Source of the DNA: a virus
Taxonomy: Duplodnaviria > Caudoviricetes
Strand: one strand, 5' to 3'
Virus record (IMG/VR): IMGVR_UViG_3300009506_000026
Location: 1-63,152 of that record
Length of the DNA: 63,152 nt
The notes beneath the pieces are model-generated. The model worked only from the letters and a program-made list of their open reading frames with translations. It searched no databases and was not told the origin of the DNA. This document shows, in pieces, positions 18,243 to 27,716 of the stretch; the stretch's first letter is position 1; every line of letters starts with the position of its first letter. The position numbers and the translations under genes were made by a program.

Positions 18243-19158
18243 ATTTATTGGAAATGAGGAAGCGATAGAAAGTTTAAAATCTGTATTGGACAGAGGAGAT
18301 GTTCCAGCAAGTTTCCTATTTACAGGTCCCCCTGGATGTGGTAAAACCACGTTAGCTTTCGTCATAAAAAATCATCTGAAAATAGACGACATGGATTTTC
18401 GTCATTACAACACGGCTAATACCCGAGGGATAGACACGATCCGAGATATCATCGATACGCTGAATTATTGTGCAGCAGGGGGAGAAAGGAAGCTGTATCT
18501 GCTTGATGAATGTCACCAGATCACGGGCGCCGCAGCCGAGAGCATGTTGAAGATGTTGGAGGAACCCCCAAAACATTGTCACTTTGTTTTATGCACATCG
18601 GAACCCGAGAAAATAAAGCCCAATACTTTACGAGCTATTCGGCGCCGCTGCTTCGAACTGCAACTAAAACCCTTAAGCTTCGACCAACTACAACAGCTTT
18701 TGGAGGAAATACTAGAGGCAGAGGGATTCAATCCGAAAGAATACCCTCAAGAAATTCTGGACAAAATTGTAGCCAACTGTTGGGGAAGTCCAGGGCAGGC
18801 TCTTAAACTTCTGGATTCAGTAATCAATATGGACGATCCAGAAAAGATAATGAAGGCACTGGATCAGTTACAAATAAATGAAGGATCGATTCTGGTGATC
18901 TGTCAAACATTGACGGATATTAGAATAAATGAGGAGACCAGGTGGGAAAGAGTGAGGAAGGAACTCAAAGGATTGCCCGATGAACCGGAAAGCATTCGTT
19001 ATGCCATTTTAGGGTACTTTGAGAAGGCACTAATCAGTAATCCACCTAATCTCACACTAAGAAATGTGACCACCTGTTTCATAGACAGTGTTATGTATTC
19101 GGGCAGAGCAGGTTTGTATTTGGCCTGTCAAATGGCTTGCTTAATAGGAGGGAAGTAG
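18202..19158 (+). CDS. Clamp loader AAA+ ATPase (DnaX gamma/tau-like)
   Basis: YRPPSLDEFIGN, GPPGCGKTT, RGIDTIR, LDECH, LKMLEEPP, IRRRC. Confidence 0.9.
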   Translation: MTLQVAYRPPSLDEFIGNEEAIESLKSVLDRGDVPASFLFTGPPGCGKTTLAFVIKNHLKIDDMDFRHYNTANTRGIDTIRDIIDTLNYCAAGGERKLYLLDECHQITGAAAESMLKMLEEPPKHCHFVLCTSEPEKIKPNTLRAIRRRCFELQLKPLSFDQLQQLLEEILEAEGFNPKEYPQEILDKIVANCWGSPGQALKLLDSVINMDDPEKIMKALDQLQINEGSILVICQTLTDIRINEETRWERVRKELKGLPDEPESIRYAILGYFEKALISNPPNLTLRNVTTCFIDSVMYSGRAGLYLACQMACLIGGK

Positions 19159-19159
19159 T

Positions 19160-19378
19160 ATGGAATACCTGGTGGCAACGAAGTGGGAAGTGAAGCTTTA
19201 TAGAGTAAAACACCCAAAGGGATTAGATGGCTGGTTTGTTAAAGATGGCCTAATTTGTTTTTATTATGACGGAACTACAAGTGATAGGGTTATACGATTT
19301 ACATTTAATAAGGATGAAGTTGTCTTCATTGAGGAGATTGAAAATGATCAACCAGAACTTAGAGAGGGATCCAACTAG
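19160..19378 (+). CDS. Hypothetical protein
   Basis: 72 aa, packed between genes with GGAGG RBS. Confidence 0.6.
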   Translation: MEYLVATKWEVKLYRVKHPKGLDGWFVKDGLICFYYDGTTSDRVIRFTFNKDEVVFIEEIENDQPELREGSN

Positions 19379-19871
19379 TGACCTGCAAATCAAACTTGAG
19401 TCACTTGAATATGAATGCAAGATTCAGGCGGAGCTTTTTCACTACTGGGGGAAAAAGGCGATAGCCATAAACAGAAAGCTAAGAGAAAAAAAATCAGAAC
19501 TTCAAAAAAAGAAAGGAGAATTGGACTTATATTATCGAAAGAATTGGGAAGAACTTGTCGGGACACGATTGAGTGAGATTCAAGTTCAAACTCATGTGGA
19601 AAAGGATGAGGAATATCTTGAAGTTCAAAAGGAATTTTGGGACTTGGAAGACAAGGCGGCGGAATTGGAATCGATTAAGTGGGCATTGACTCACAAGAAG
19701 GAATCTTTGGGTTTCTTGAGTCACTTATGGGCGAGTGGCTACTTCGCACACCCAAAAGTTAGCCCAGAATTTACAGAGATGATGGATCAATATCGAGAGG
19801 AACAAACCCAGAAGGTATTAGATGGGGACAAAAATTTTCAAAAAATCGTAAGGAGAAAAAAGGATGACTAG
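19344..19871 (+). CDS. UvsY-like recombination mediator (coiled coil)
   Basis: Coiled coil, ALTHKKESL, ASGYFA; lies before the SSB-like and RecA-like genes. Confidence 0.55.
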   Translation: MINQNLERDPTSDLQIKLESLEYECKIQAELFHYWGKKAIAINRKLREKKSELQKKKGELDLYYRKNWEELVGTRLSEIQVQTHVEKDEEYLEVQKEFWDLEDKAAELESIKWALTHKKESLGFLSHLWASGYFAHPKVSPEFTEMMDQYREEQTQKVLDGDKNFQKIVRRKKDD

Positions 19872-20982
19872 TTTAGCAGACAGAATCCGTCAGATGGAAA
19901 CCGATCTACAAGAACAGGCCATGAAGTCCTTGAAGGATAAGGATGAGTACCCAAGCGATTTCGGGAGCATGTTTATTTCTAACAAGATTCCAAAAGGGGT
20001 TGAGTTCTGGCAGCCCGATCGAAAGCACAAAACTGTGGATGGTAGGCATTTGGTTGATATAATCCCCCACATAGCAGGTCCCAACAATCCAAAATGTGAT
20101 GAGGGAAAGGGAGCGTACAAAGTCGATTATTGGAGACATGCTGGATATGGGCCTAACGCCACACCCTTTTGTTGCACATCAAAAACTTGGAAAGAAAGGG
20201 ATGCAGCCTGTGATTATTTGGCGTTGAGAAACTTGGACAAAGATGTTTGGAACCGTCTTCGATCTAAAAGGTACACTTCCTATCTCGTGTGGCCACACGA
20301 TACCCCGGAATTGGAGAGAGAGGGGATAAAGATTTGGGACGTTGCTCATTGGTTCTTTGAGAATCACATTGCTGAATTGCAGGTTAATCCCGAAGGAGGG
20401 GGGATTCTCTCTTGGTATACTTCTTCTGAGGAAGGGCTGTCCATAGCCTTCTCAATCGATGATTCTGGACACTATGAGGATGATTCTGGACAGAAACGGC
20501 AGTCGTTTACATATAAGGGGCACAGATTCTTTCCCAGGAAGAAGGCTATTCCTTCTTGGGTCCTCGAACAGTCCTTCTCACTTGACGAAGCAATGATCCT
20601 TCGCCCTTCTTACGAAGATACCGAAAAATGGTTCTATGGCGCAGTTGGGAAAAAGAGAATTGATGAAACACAGAATGGGGAGCCCTCCTCAAAAAATGAG
20701 GAAAGAAAATCGGAACCTATAGAAAGACCCTCAAAGGATCATTTACCAGATGAATGCCCCTCAGGACACAGATTCGGGGAAATAAAGGAGCACCCCGAAT
20801 GTGATTCCTGCGTTGTGTTCGACAATTGCAGTGATTTTCACGACATGATGAAGAGGGACAGAATGAAGGACGAAGAACCTCAGAAAACAGAGCCAGAATC
20901 AGCTCCTGCTGAGGAAAGTCCCCGTACCCCTTCCCCTACTACTCAAAGAAAGGGTATAATCAGAAGACGGAGAGATTCATAA
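19864..20982 (+). CDS. Single-stranded DNA-binding protein (gp32-like), putative
   Basis: Position, H..C..C metal site, acidic/low-complexity C-terminus with a 4-Cys cluster. Confidence 0.55.
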   Translation: MTSLADRIRQMETDLQEQAMKSLKDKDEYPSDFGSMFISNKIPKGVEFWQPDRKHKTVDGRHLVDIIPHIAGPNNPKCDEGKGAYKVDYWRHAGYGPNATPFCCTSKTWKERDAACDYLALRNLDKDVWNRLRSKRYTSYLVWPHDTPELEREGIKIWDVAHWFFENHIAELQVNPEGGGILSWYTSSEEGLSIAFSIDDSGHYEDDSGQKRQSFTYKGHRFFPRKKAIPSWVLEQSFSLDEAMILRPSYEDTEKWFYGAVGKKRIDETQNGEPSSKNEERKSEPIERPSKDHLPDECPSGHRFGEIKEHPECDSCVVFDNCSDFHDMMKRDRMKDEEPQKTEPESAPAEESPRTPSPTTQRKGIIRRRRDS

Positions 20983-20983
20983 A

Positions 20984-22108
20984 ATGGAACTTATTCGAAA
21001 GGGAACCATGCCTGTTAGTGAACAGAAGGAAGAACCACAAGATTCCTTCTTTGAAGAGGATGATGATATCTCAACGGATAAGGAGCACCTTTTACCCACT
21101 GGTAGCACTTTGCTGAACCTTCAATTGTCAGATAGATGGTACGGTGGGTACCCTATTGGTAGGATTATCAGTCTTGTTGGAGAATCGGAGGCAGGTAAAT
21201 CTTTATGTGCTTTGACATGCTTTGCGGAGACCTCTCTCTATGAACGATTTGACAGATATAGATTTATACTCGACCCCGCGGAGCATGGTGTAATGTTTGA
21301 CATAAAGAAAATGTTTGGAGAGGAAATAGCAAGGAGAATTGAAATTCTGCCGGACAAGGATTCCTCCGATACCGTGGAAGATTTCTTCTCTAACTTTCGA
21401 AAAGTTCTAAAGAAAGGGGAGCCCTTTATCTACGTTCTGGATTCACTGGACTCTCTGACATGCTTGGCGGAATTGGCAAGGGCGGATGAAATTGAGGAAA
21501 AAGGAGAGGCATCCGCCTCTTACCAAACAGAGAAAGCAAGGATGATATCACAGCTTCTTAGAGTGACAAAAAAGGACATAAAGACCACAGAAGGGCTGTT
21601 AATTCTTATCCATCAAACCCGTGATCTGATTCAAACGGCAAGTAAATTTAAAGCGAAACCCGTGGTAGAATCTGGAATACCCGGAAAGACTAAGGGAGGG
21701 GGCAGAGCGGCGAAGTTCTATGATTCGGTTGAAATATGGGCAACGGGAAAGCCCATCATACAAACTATAAGAGGGATGGAAAAAATCGTTGGGACCTCGG
21801 CTAAACTAAAAGTAACCAAGAACAGAATCACAGGGAAGAAAGGAAAAGTCAATCTAATTATGAATCATTATTATGGGGGGATTGACGATTTGACCAGCTG
21901 TGTAGAGTTCCTTGTGGAGACAGGCGCTTGGAAAAAGGAAGTTAATTCTATTGTCCCAACTATGGGACTCGAAAAAGGAATGATGCCTAAGATTATCAAC
22001 CAGATAGAAACGAAGTGTTTAGAGGTGGAAGTGCAGAAGTTGGTAGGACAGGTCTGGCAAGAAATAGAGGAAGCTTGCAAACCAAATAGAAAGCCACGAT
22101 ACTCATGA
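20984..22108 (+). CDS. recA: RecA/UvsX-like recombinase
   Basis: PTGSTLLN..GGYPIGRI, GESEAGKS, VLDSLDSL, GGRAAKFY, KNRI. Confidence 0.92.
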   Translation: MELIRKGTMPVSEQKEEPQDSFFEEDDDISTDKEHLLPTGSTLLNLQLSDRWYGGYPIGRIISLVGESEAGKSLCALTCFAETSLYERFDRYRFILDPAEHGVMFDIKKMFGEEIARRIEILPDKDSSDTVEDFFSNFRKVLKKGEPFIYVLDSLDSLTCLAELARADEIEEKGEASASYQTEKARMISQLLRVTKKDIKTTEGLLILIHQTRDLIQTASKFKAKPVVESGIPGKTKGGGRAAKFYDSVEIWATGKPIIQTIRGMEKIVGTSAKLKVTKNRITGKKGKVNLIMNHYYGGIDDLTSCVEFLVETGAWKKEVNSIVPTMGLEKGMMPKIINQIETKCLEVEVQKLVGQVWQEIEEACKPNRKPRYS

Positions 22109-22965
22109 AAACCTTGATCACCGTTGACTGTCATGCGATGTGTCATAGAATCCGTTACGGTATGGGTGGAATTGAACTATCCACAGATAATTCAAACACC
22201 GAGATAGTTTTTGGTTTCATGGTTCAATTGCATCAATTGGCTACCAAGTTTGAAACTAACCTATTCGCTTTTGCTTGGGACAGCAGCAAAAATTTCAGAG
22301 AGGATATAGATTCAGACTATAAGCGCAATCGAAAAAACGTGGAGAAAACAAAGGAAGAATATGATCAGGATAGAAAAGCACGATGGCAGTTTACTCGTTT
22401 ACGTGTGGATGTACTTCCTCGATTGGGATTTAGGAACAACTTCATCCAAACAGGGCTTGAAGCGGACGACCTTATCGCCAGTATCGTTTGCACCAATGAA
22501 TACAACCATATCATTGTTTCCCGAGACAGCGACCTCTATCAACTCCTACACCCCACAGTCCGAATGTATGATTCTCAGACTAAAAAGGAGTTTACTTATC
22601 CAGACTTCATGCTAAGATATGGGATAAGACCGGGGGTATGGGCGAAGGTAAAGGCAATTGCAGGGTGCCCTACAGACAATGTAATGGGAATACCCGGAGT
22701 AGGAGAAAAGACAGCCATTAGATATTTAAGAGAGGAACTCCCTGCAAAAAACAAAGCTTTTCAATTGATTGTTGACTCCTCTGATAAAATAAATCATAAT
22801 TTAGAATTAGTCGAATTACCCTTCCATGAAACACAGGAAACTCCTATAGTGGAACACGAATTATATCAAAAGGACTTCTTAACCGTGTTCGAAAAACTTA
22901 AATTCAAGTCTTTTCTATCGGCTTCTAATTTCAATGAGTGGGTAAAAGCTTTTAGGTTGGTATGA
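22105..22965 (+). CDS. 5'-3' exonuclease / flap endonuclease
   Basis: YKRNR, EADDLI, SRDSDLYQL, GCPTDNVMGIPGVGEKTA. Confidence 0.92.
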   Translation: MKTLITVDCHAMCHRIRYGMGGIELSTDNSNTEIVFGFMVQLHQLATKFETNLFAFAWDSSKNFREDIDSDYKRNRKNVEKTKEEYDQDRKARWQFTRLRVDVLPRLGFRNNFIQTGLEADDLIASIVCTNEYNHIIVSRDSDLYQLLHPTVRMYDSQTKKEFTYPDFMLRYGIRPGVWAKVKAIAGCPTDNVMGIPGVGEKTAIRYLREELPAKNKAFQLIVDSSDKINHNLELVELPFHETQETPIVEHELYQKDFLTVFEKLKFKSFLSASNFNEWVKAFRLV

Positions 22966-22966
22966 T

Positions 22967-23383
22967 ATGGATAGAGAAAAGAAAGCCCGAATAGCCCGTC
23001 AGAACAAGCGCAGGAGCAAACAGGATCAAACAAAATCAGCTCAAATGATGGGGATGGAAAATGTAGCAGGACTAGCGGGAGAAGATGCAAGGAGTCATTG
23101 CTTCTCTGGAGAATGGAAATGTCTGAAAAGATTCGCAGGAGAAAAGTATCTGGAACAAGCGGAGAAGAACTGCCCTGAAGGGAAGATTCCATTAGTAAAG
23201 GTACATATAGTTGGTGAGCGTAGAGAGGATGACATTCTGATGTTCCGATTTAGGCATTGGCAGAAGGTTTGCAGACCCGAACTTTATTCTCCTCCAAGAG
23301 AACCCAGCAGAAAGGAGGTCACGAAGGAAGTCAAATTCAACGAACAACCTAAAACCCAACTAAAACTAATAAGAAAGGGGTAA
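22967..23383 (+). CDS. Putative PD-(D/E)xK Holliday junction resolvase-like protein
   Basis: GED....GEWK pattern, YLEQA, PLVKVH; position after the exonuclease. Confidence 0.45.
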   Translation: MDREKKARIARQNKRRSKQDQTKSAQMMGMENVAGLAGEDARSHCFSGEWKCLKRFAGEKYLEQAEKNCPEGKIPLVKVHIVGERREDDILMFRFRHWQKVCRPELYSPPREPSRKEVTKEVKFNEQPKTQLKLIRKG

Positions 23384-23385
23384 AA

Positions 23386-23571
23386 ATGGGAACAATTGCG
23401 GAGAAAGCCGAAACGATCAAGACATTGGCAGAGGAGGCATTGTTGGATGCTTTGAAGTTTGAGAAAGGGAACAATGCAGCGGGAACCCGATTGACCAAGG
23501 CAATGCAATCCATGAAGAAGATTGCACAGGAGGTCAGGAGCCTTACATTCGAAGCTAAAAAATCTGCTTAA
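23386..23571 (+). CDS. Hc1/histone H1-like small protein
   Basis: KFEKGNNAAGTRLTKAMQSMKKIAQEVR resembles the Hc1 N-terminal GNxAAGTRxRK motif. Confidence 0.75.
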   Translation: MGTIAEKAETIKTLAEEALLDALKFEKGNNAAGTRLTKAMQSMKKIAQEVRSLTFEAKKSA

Positions 23572-23654
23572 TCGAAGGGTGCCCCAACCAGCTCCATTCG
23601 CAAAGGGGTTAAACGCTACCTCAGGTGGAAAGCGGCCCTTCAAAAGGAGCCACA

Positions 23655-24731
23655 ATGATCCGTTCAATTGAAATCGAAAACTTTCAATCTCATGAACACT
23701 CGATATTGGAATTTGATAAAGGATTGAACGTGATCATGGGCACCTCCCATTCAGGTAAATCTTCCATCGTAAGGGCCCTGCAGTGGGCCCTACAGAACAG
23801 ACCTCAAGGCTTTTCCTTCCGAAGTCATTTCGCCAAACCTAAAGAGTCCACCCGAGTAGCCATAGAATTTATAGATGATTCCTATATTGTCCGAGAACGC
23901 AATAAAAGTGAGAATAAATATGAACTCCCAGACTGCAAGCTTGAAGCTCTACGAAGCGACGTTCCAGAGGAGGTCCAAAGATTATCACAAATTACCTCTA
24001 CCAACATACAAGCGCAGGGGGAACCTTATTTCCTTTTATCACAAACTCCTGGAGCCGTCGGCAGAGAATTCAATCGCTGCGTTAACCTCCAAATTATCGA
24101 TGAAAAGATCAAAAAGGCGAATTCTATTGTTGACTCTACCAGCAGGAGGAAAAGGGATATTGAGACGGAGCTTAATGATATCAGGGAAAAACTTCCCCGT
24201 TTTTCTCATGTTACTATTGCCGAAAAACTTCTTTCTGAAATTGATTCCCTCCTCCTAAAATCCTCAAACCTACAAAAAGAAATAGATCGTTTGCAGGTTT
24301 ATTTAAAAAAGATAGAGGGAGCAACGGGTGAGATAAAGGAAATAAACGAATGGCTTTCCATTGAGACTCCCTTTAGAGTGCTAAAAGAAAGCTGTTTGGA
24401 GTATCGAAAATTAAATCAGGAAATATCAAAACTTGGTAGGTTATCAGAAAGGGTAAAAGAGGAACAATCAATTATAGAAAGCACAAAAGAATGGCTTAAA
24501 ATTGAGGAACCCTTCCAAGCATTAAAATCTGACATTCAGGCTTTTAAAAACCTATCAAATTCCATCTCTATACTATCTCGCATAGTGACTGATATAGAAC
24601 AGAGAGAGAAAGTGTGGGAGAAGGCAAATGAGAACGTGGAGAAGCTAATTGCTAGACGTTCTGAGATACTAAAATCAGATGAATTTTGTCGGAAGTGCGG
24701 AGCACATCAAAAGTATTGGAGGAAAAGATGA
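23655..24731 (+). CDS. SbcC/Rad50-like ATPase, N-terminal half (Walker A, coiled coil, CxxC)
   Basis: IENFQSH, GTSHSGKSS, Q-loop IQAQ, terminal CRKC. Confidence 0.88.
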   Translation: MIRSIEIENFQSHEHSILEFDKGLNVIMGTSHSGKSSIVRALQWALQNRPQGFSFRSHFAKPKESTRVAIEFIDDSYIVRERNKSENKYELPDCKLEALRSDVPEEVQRLSQITSTNIQAQGEPYFLLSQTPGAVGREFNRCVNLQIIDEKIKKANSIVDSTSRRKRDIETELNDIREKLPRFSHVTIAEKLLSEIDSLLLKSSNLQKEIDRLQVYLKKIEGATGEIKEINEWLSIETPFRVLKESCLEYRKLNQEISKLGRLSERVKEEQSIIESTKEWLKIEEPFQALKSDIQAFKNLSNSISILSRIVTDIEQREKVWEKANENVEKLIARRSEILKSDEFCRKCGAHQKYWRKR

Positions 24732-24820
24732 GATTCCTTTTTTGGTTTGTTGGTATGCTATCAGGGATGGTAAGCGCGGCCTATCTTGTTTCTCATAAAG
24801 AGAGTCCAATTGGGACTTAA
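24728..24820 (+). CDS. 30-aa hydrophobic peptide (not in track)
   Basis: ATGA overlap; MRFLFWFVGMLSGMVSAAYLVSHKESPIGT. Confidence 0.35.
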   Translation: MRFLFWFVGMLSGMVSAAYLVSHKESPIGT

Positions 24821-24838
24821 CATTAATGGAAAAGATCA

Positions 24839-25741
24839 ATGAAACTCCTAATAACGGGTGACAAACATCTTGACAATAAGACACCGAGGAACAGACTTGA
24901 TGATCGATGGGAAACATCACAAAGAAAGGAACGATTTATTGCTCAAACTGCCTATGAAAACAAATGCTCCTACGTGCTCCAGCCAGGAGACTTTTTCGAC
25001 AATTACAAAGCAAGCGATTTTCTCAAACAATGGATCATTGATTTTCTACGCCCTATGCCTTTTCACACCCTTACAGTATTTGGGCAACACGACCTCAGAT
25101 ACCATAATTCCAACACGGAAAATACACCTCTTAAAGTCCTCGAAGCCTCCCGTTGTGTAACTATATTGGGGAAAGAATCTTCCGAACTCCCACAAAAATC
25201 AGGGGATATTTCTATTTATGGTTGTAGTTGGTTCGAAGATGTCCCTGGAATAAAATACAAAGATCAGTTCAATGTCCTTGTTATGCACAAAATGGTAATA
25301 AAGGAAAAGCTGTGGCCGGGACAGGAAGCGGAGTATGGTAGTCATTTTTTAGAGAAAACGGAGTTTGATTTGATTGTTAGTGGGGACAATCATCGGACCT
25401 TTATATTGGAGAAAGGTAATAGGTTTCTGATAAACTGTGGTGCCTTGTATCGAAACTCCATAGATTTAATGGATCATAAACCCATTTGTGTAGTTTTTGA
25501 TACCGACAAAAGAGACTATCAAATAATTCATGTTCCGATTGAACCCGCGGACAAAGTGTTCGACCTAACAAAAATAAAAACGGAGAAGGAAGTAAACGAA
25601 AAATTAAAAGTGTTTGTTGATGGATTGAAGGAGCAGGAAGTCAGGGAATTGGATTTTGAGAAGGAGTTGGAAAGGTACATAAGGGAGAATAAAGTGGATG
25701 AATATGTGCAATTAATATTGAATGAGATAATGGAGGACTGA
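24839..25741 (+). CDS. SbcD/Mre11-like nuclease
   Basis: GDKH, PGDFFD, GQHD, SGDNH, NCGA metallophosphoesterase motifs. Confidence 0.9.
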   Translation: MKLLITGDKHLDNKTPRNRLDDRWETSQRKERFIAQTAYENKCSYVLQPGDFFDNYKASDFLKQWIIDFLRPMPFHTLTVFGQHDLRYHNSNTENTPLKVLEASRCVTILGKESSELPQKSGDISIYGCSWFEDVPGIKYKDQFNVLVMHKMVIKEKLWPGQEAEYGSHFLEKTEFDLIVSGDNHRTFILEKGNRFLINCGALYRNSIDLMDHKPICVVFDTDKRDYQIIHVPIEPADKVFDLTKIKTEKEVNEKLKVFVDGLKEQEVRELDFEKELERYIRENKVDEYVQLILNEIMED

Positions 25742-25742
25742 C

Positions 25743-25982
25743 GTGGAAGACATTTTAAGAGAACTGGATAAGATTGAAAAGGAAATAGGAGAGGCGAAAA
25801 ACGACATTGCAAGAGCAGAGGGAGAATTAAAAGGACTATTCCGAGCTTTAAAGGAGGAATTCGGAGTAGATAGTTTAGAGAAAGCGAACAGGTTGTTGGA
25901 AATCAAAGTTAAAGAAAAAGAAACTTTAAACCCAAGAATCTTAGATCGTTACAAGGAATTAAAGGAGACCTATCAATGGTAA
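25743..25982 (+). CDS. Small coiled-coil protein of the SbcCD locus
   Basis: Heptad-rich 79 aa; ARAEG..LKEEFGVDSLE. Confidence 0.7.
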   Translation: MEDILRELDKIEKEIGEAKNDIARAEGELKGLFRALKEEFGVDSLEKANRLLEIKVKEKETLNPRILDRYKELKETYQW

Positions 25983-26377
25983 AATGGTATAACTCTATAT
26001 ACGAGGATGAGGCGTACACCAAAATTATGTTGACGATTGTAATCTCGGTGCTCTTGGTGGGTGCTTTATTCGTCGGAGTGGCTTTCTCTCAGGAGAGCAA
26101 AGATAGTCCTGAAATCGAATCCTTAAAAAAGGATCTACAGTATTATCAAGCGAATCTGGAAAGAATCAAATATGAACGTGCCTATATGGAAGAGAGGAAT
26201 AGAACTCTAATTCAAGACGCGAGGACACTTCAAAAATTGATCCAAGAGACAAACCAAAAGATCGCTGATATCAAAAAGAAGGAGGAAGATAATGCGAAAA
26301 AGTCTAAGGAACAGATTGGGGAATCGGCACAAGAAAAGTCCCCCTGTACAGGACCAGAGTGCGAAGAGGAAAAGTAG
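25976..26377 (+). CDS. Membrane-anchored or secreted coiled-coil protein
   Basis: N-terminal hydrophobic helix followed by a coiled coil. Confidence 0.65.
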   Translation: MVKWYNSIYEDEAYTKIMLTIVISVLLVGALFVGVAFSQESKDSPEIESLKKDLQYYQANLERIKYERAYMEERNRTLIQDARTLQKLIQETNQKIADIKKKEEDNAKKSKEQIGESAQEKSPCTGPECEEEK

Positions 26378-26651
26378 ACTATCTAAAGTAATAGAGATTG
26401 TCCTGTTGGTTTTGCTTGGTGCTTGTTTGAATTTTGGCTATCATTATCTGGCTAAGGATAAAGAGGAACCCTACCTATCATTCGATATTTCAGAGGAGGA
26501 GTATAAAGCGATATTCCAAGATGATGGGGAAATTATGTCCTTTGATAGAGAATTCTTAAAGAATTATTTGTGGGAGTTAGAACAGGAGTGGAGGGAAAAA
26601 CAATCGGATCCTTTCGATGTGGTGCCGAAGGAGTTCCCGTGGAAGATTTAG
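26292..26651 (+). CDS. Membrane protein
   Basis: GGAGGA RBS; single TM segment. Confidence 0.55.
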   Translation: MRKSLRNRLGNRHKKSPPVQDQSAKRKSRLSKVIEIVLLVLLGACLNFGYHYLAKDKEEPYLSFDISEEEYKAIFQDDGEIMSFDREFLKNYLWELEQEWREKQSDPFDVVPKEFPWKI

Positions 26652-27238
26652 AACGTATTCGCAGAAAATTTGAGGATCAAAGGAAGGAACGTGATTACCT
26701 AAATCACCGTCTTTCTGACTTAACAGCAGAGTATCAAAGACAATCAGAGAGACTTTTGCAAGCGGAAAAAGCGAGGACGATTGTTCAAATTGTCGCTAAA
26801 AACGTGCAACAGAAGCTAGAATTTAAAATTTCAACACTCGTCACTACTGCCCTTGAAGCCGTCTTTGATAATCCCATTAAGTTCATTGCTCGGTTTGAAA
26901 CAAAAAGGGGACAAACCGAATGCAATCTCCTCTTTGAGGAATACGGTTCTGAATACAATCCATTAGATGGTTCCGGCTATGGACCTGTTGACGTATGCAG
27001 TTTCGCGTTGCGGGTTTCTCTGTGGTCATTGGAACAATCTCGACCTGTGCTAATTTTGGATGAACCCTTCAGAAACGTAAGTCCCGATCTGCATGAGAAG
27101 GTAAGTGAAATGCTGAAAATGATATCGGAGGAACTAAAATTGCAAATCATTATGGTTTCCCATGCAGAGAATATCAATATTGCGGCGGATAAGATTATCA
27201 AAGTGAGGAAGGAGGGGAAGGTGACAACAATCTCTTAG
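26639..27238 (+). CDS. SbcC/Rad50-like ATPase, C-terminal half
   Basis: GTG after AAGGAG; degenerate signature SGYG..SFALR, Walker B LILDEPF, H-loop MVSH. Confidence 0.85.
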   Translation: MEDLERIRRKFEDQRKERDYLNHRLSDLTAEYQRQSERLLQAEKARTIVQIVAKNVQQKLEFKISTLVTTALEAVFDNPIKFIARFETKRGQTECNLLFEEYGSEYNPLDGSGYGPVDVCSFALRVSLWSLEQSRPVLILDEPFRNVSPDLHEKVSEMLKMISEELKLQIIMVSHAENINIAADKIIKVRKEGKVTTIS

Positions 27239-27248
27239 TGGAGGAAAT

Positions 27249-27569
27249 ATGAAAGGCTTATCTTTGATCAGGAGAGATATAAGCACGGAAGATGTTAAGA
27301 GATTTGTTGGAGAGGGAAACACGATAAAAGAAACCGCAAAAAGATTCAAGTGTTCAACACAAACAATCAGCAGGATATTAAAGGGGGAGAGAACAAAAAG
27401 GAGGAAGGGGGGGATAGTAAGAGGAGGGAGGAAAGTGTGTCAATGTTGTCGTATAAACTATGTACCCACCGTCCCCATAAGGGGACATATTCTCACTTGT
27501 CTATGCGAGGAATGTTGGACAAAGGGAGGGTATACCGTAGTGCCAATTGATAATCGATGCTATGTTTAA
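27249..27569 (+). CDS. HTH + zinc-finger protein (regulator)
   Basis: TIKETAKRFKCSTQTISRIL helix-turn-helix; CQCC..CEEC. Confidence 0.7.
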   Translation: MKGLSLIRRDISTEDVKRFVGEGNTIKETAKRFKCSTQTISRILKGERTKRRKGGIVRGGRKVCQCCRINYVPTVPIRGHILTCLCEECWTKGGYTVVPIDNRCYV

Positions 27570-27716
27570 GGAAAAATTAATCCTTTTTTTCCCTACGATC
27601 ACAATGATCCGAAATCTCTCGATAATAATAGCACTTGTCCCGATATTTTCCCTTTTCAAAATATTCACACTCCTTGCTCTGAGCATCGGGACAAGTGCAG
27701 ATCGTTAGGTTTCCTT
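27568..27716. terminator. Convergent-arm junction with nested inverted repeats
   Basis: 14-bp perfect IR 27631-27644/27685-27698 plus outer pairings. Confidence 0.5.

Noticed and set aside
23655-27238. sbcC pseudogene
   Set aside because: Both halves keep their ATPase motifs and have their own RBS and start; treated as a split gene.
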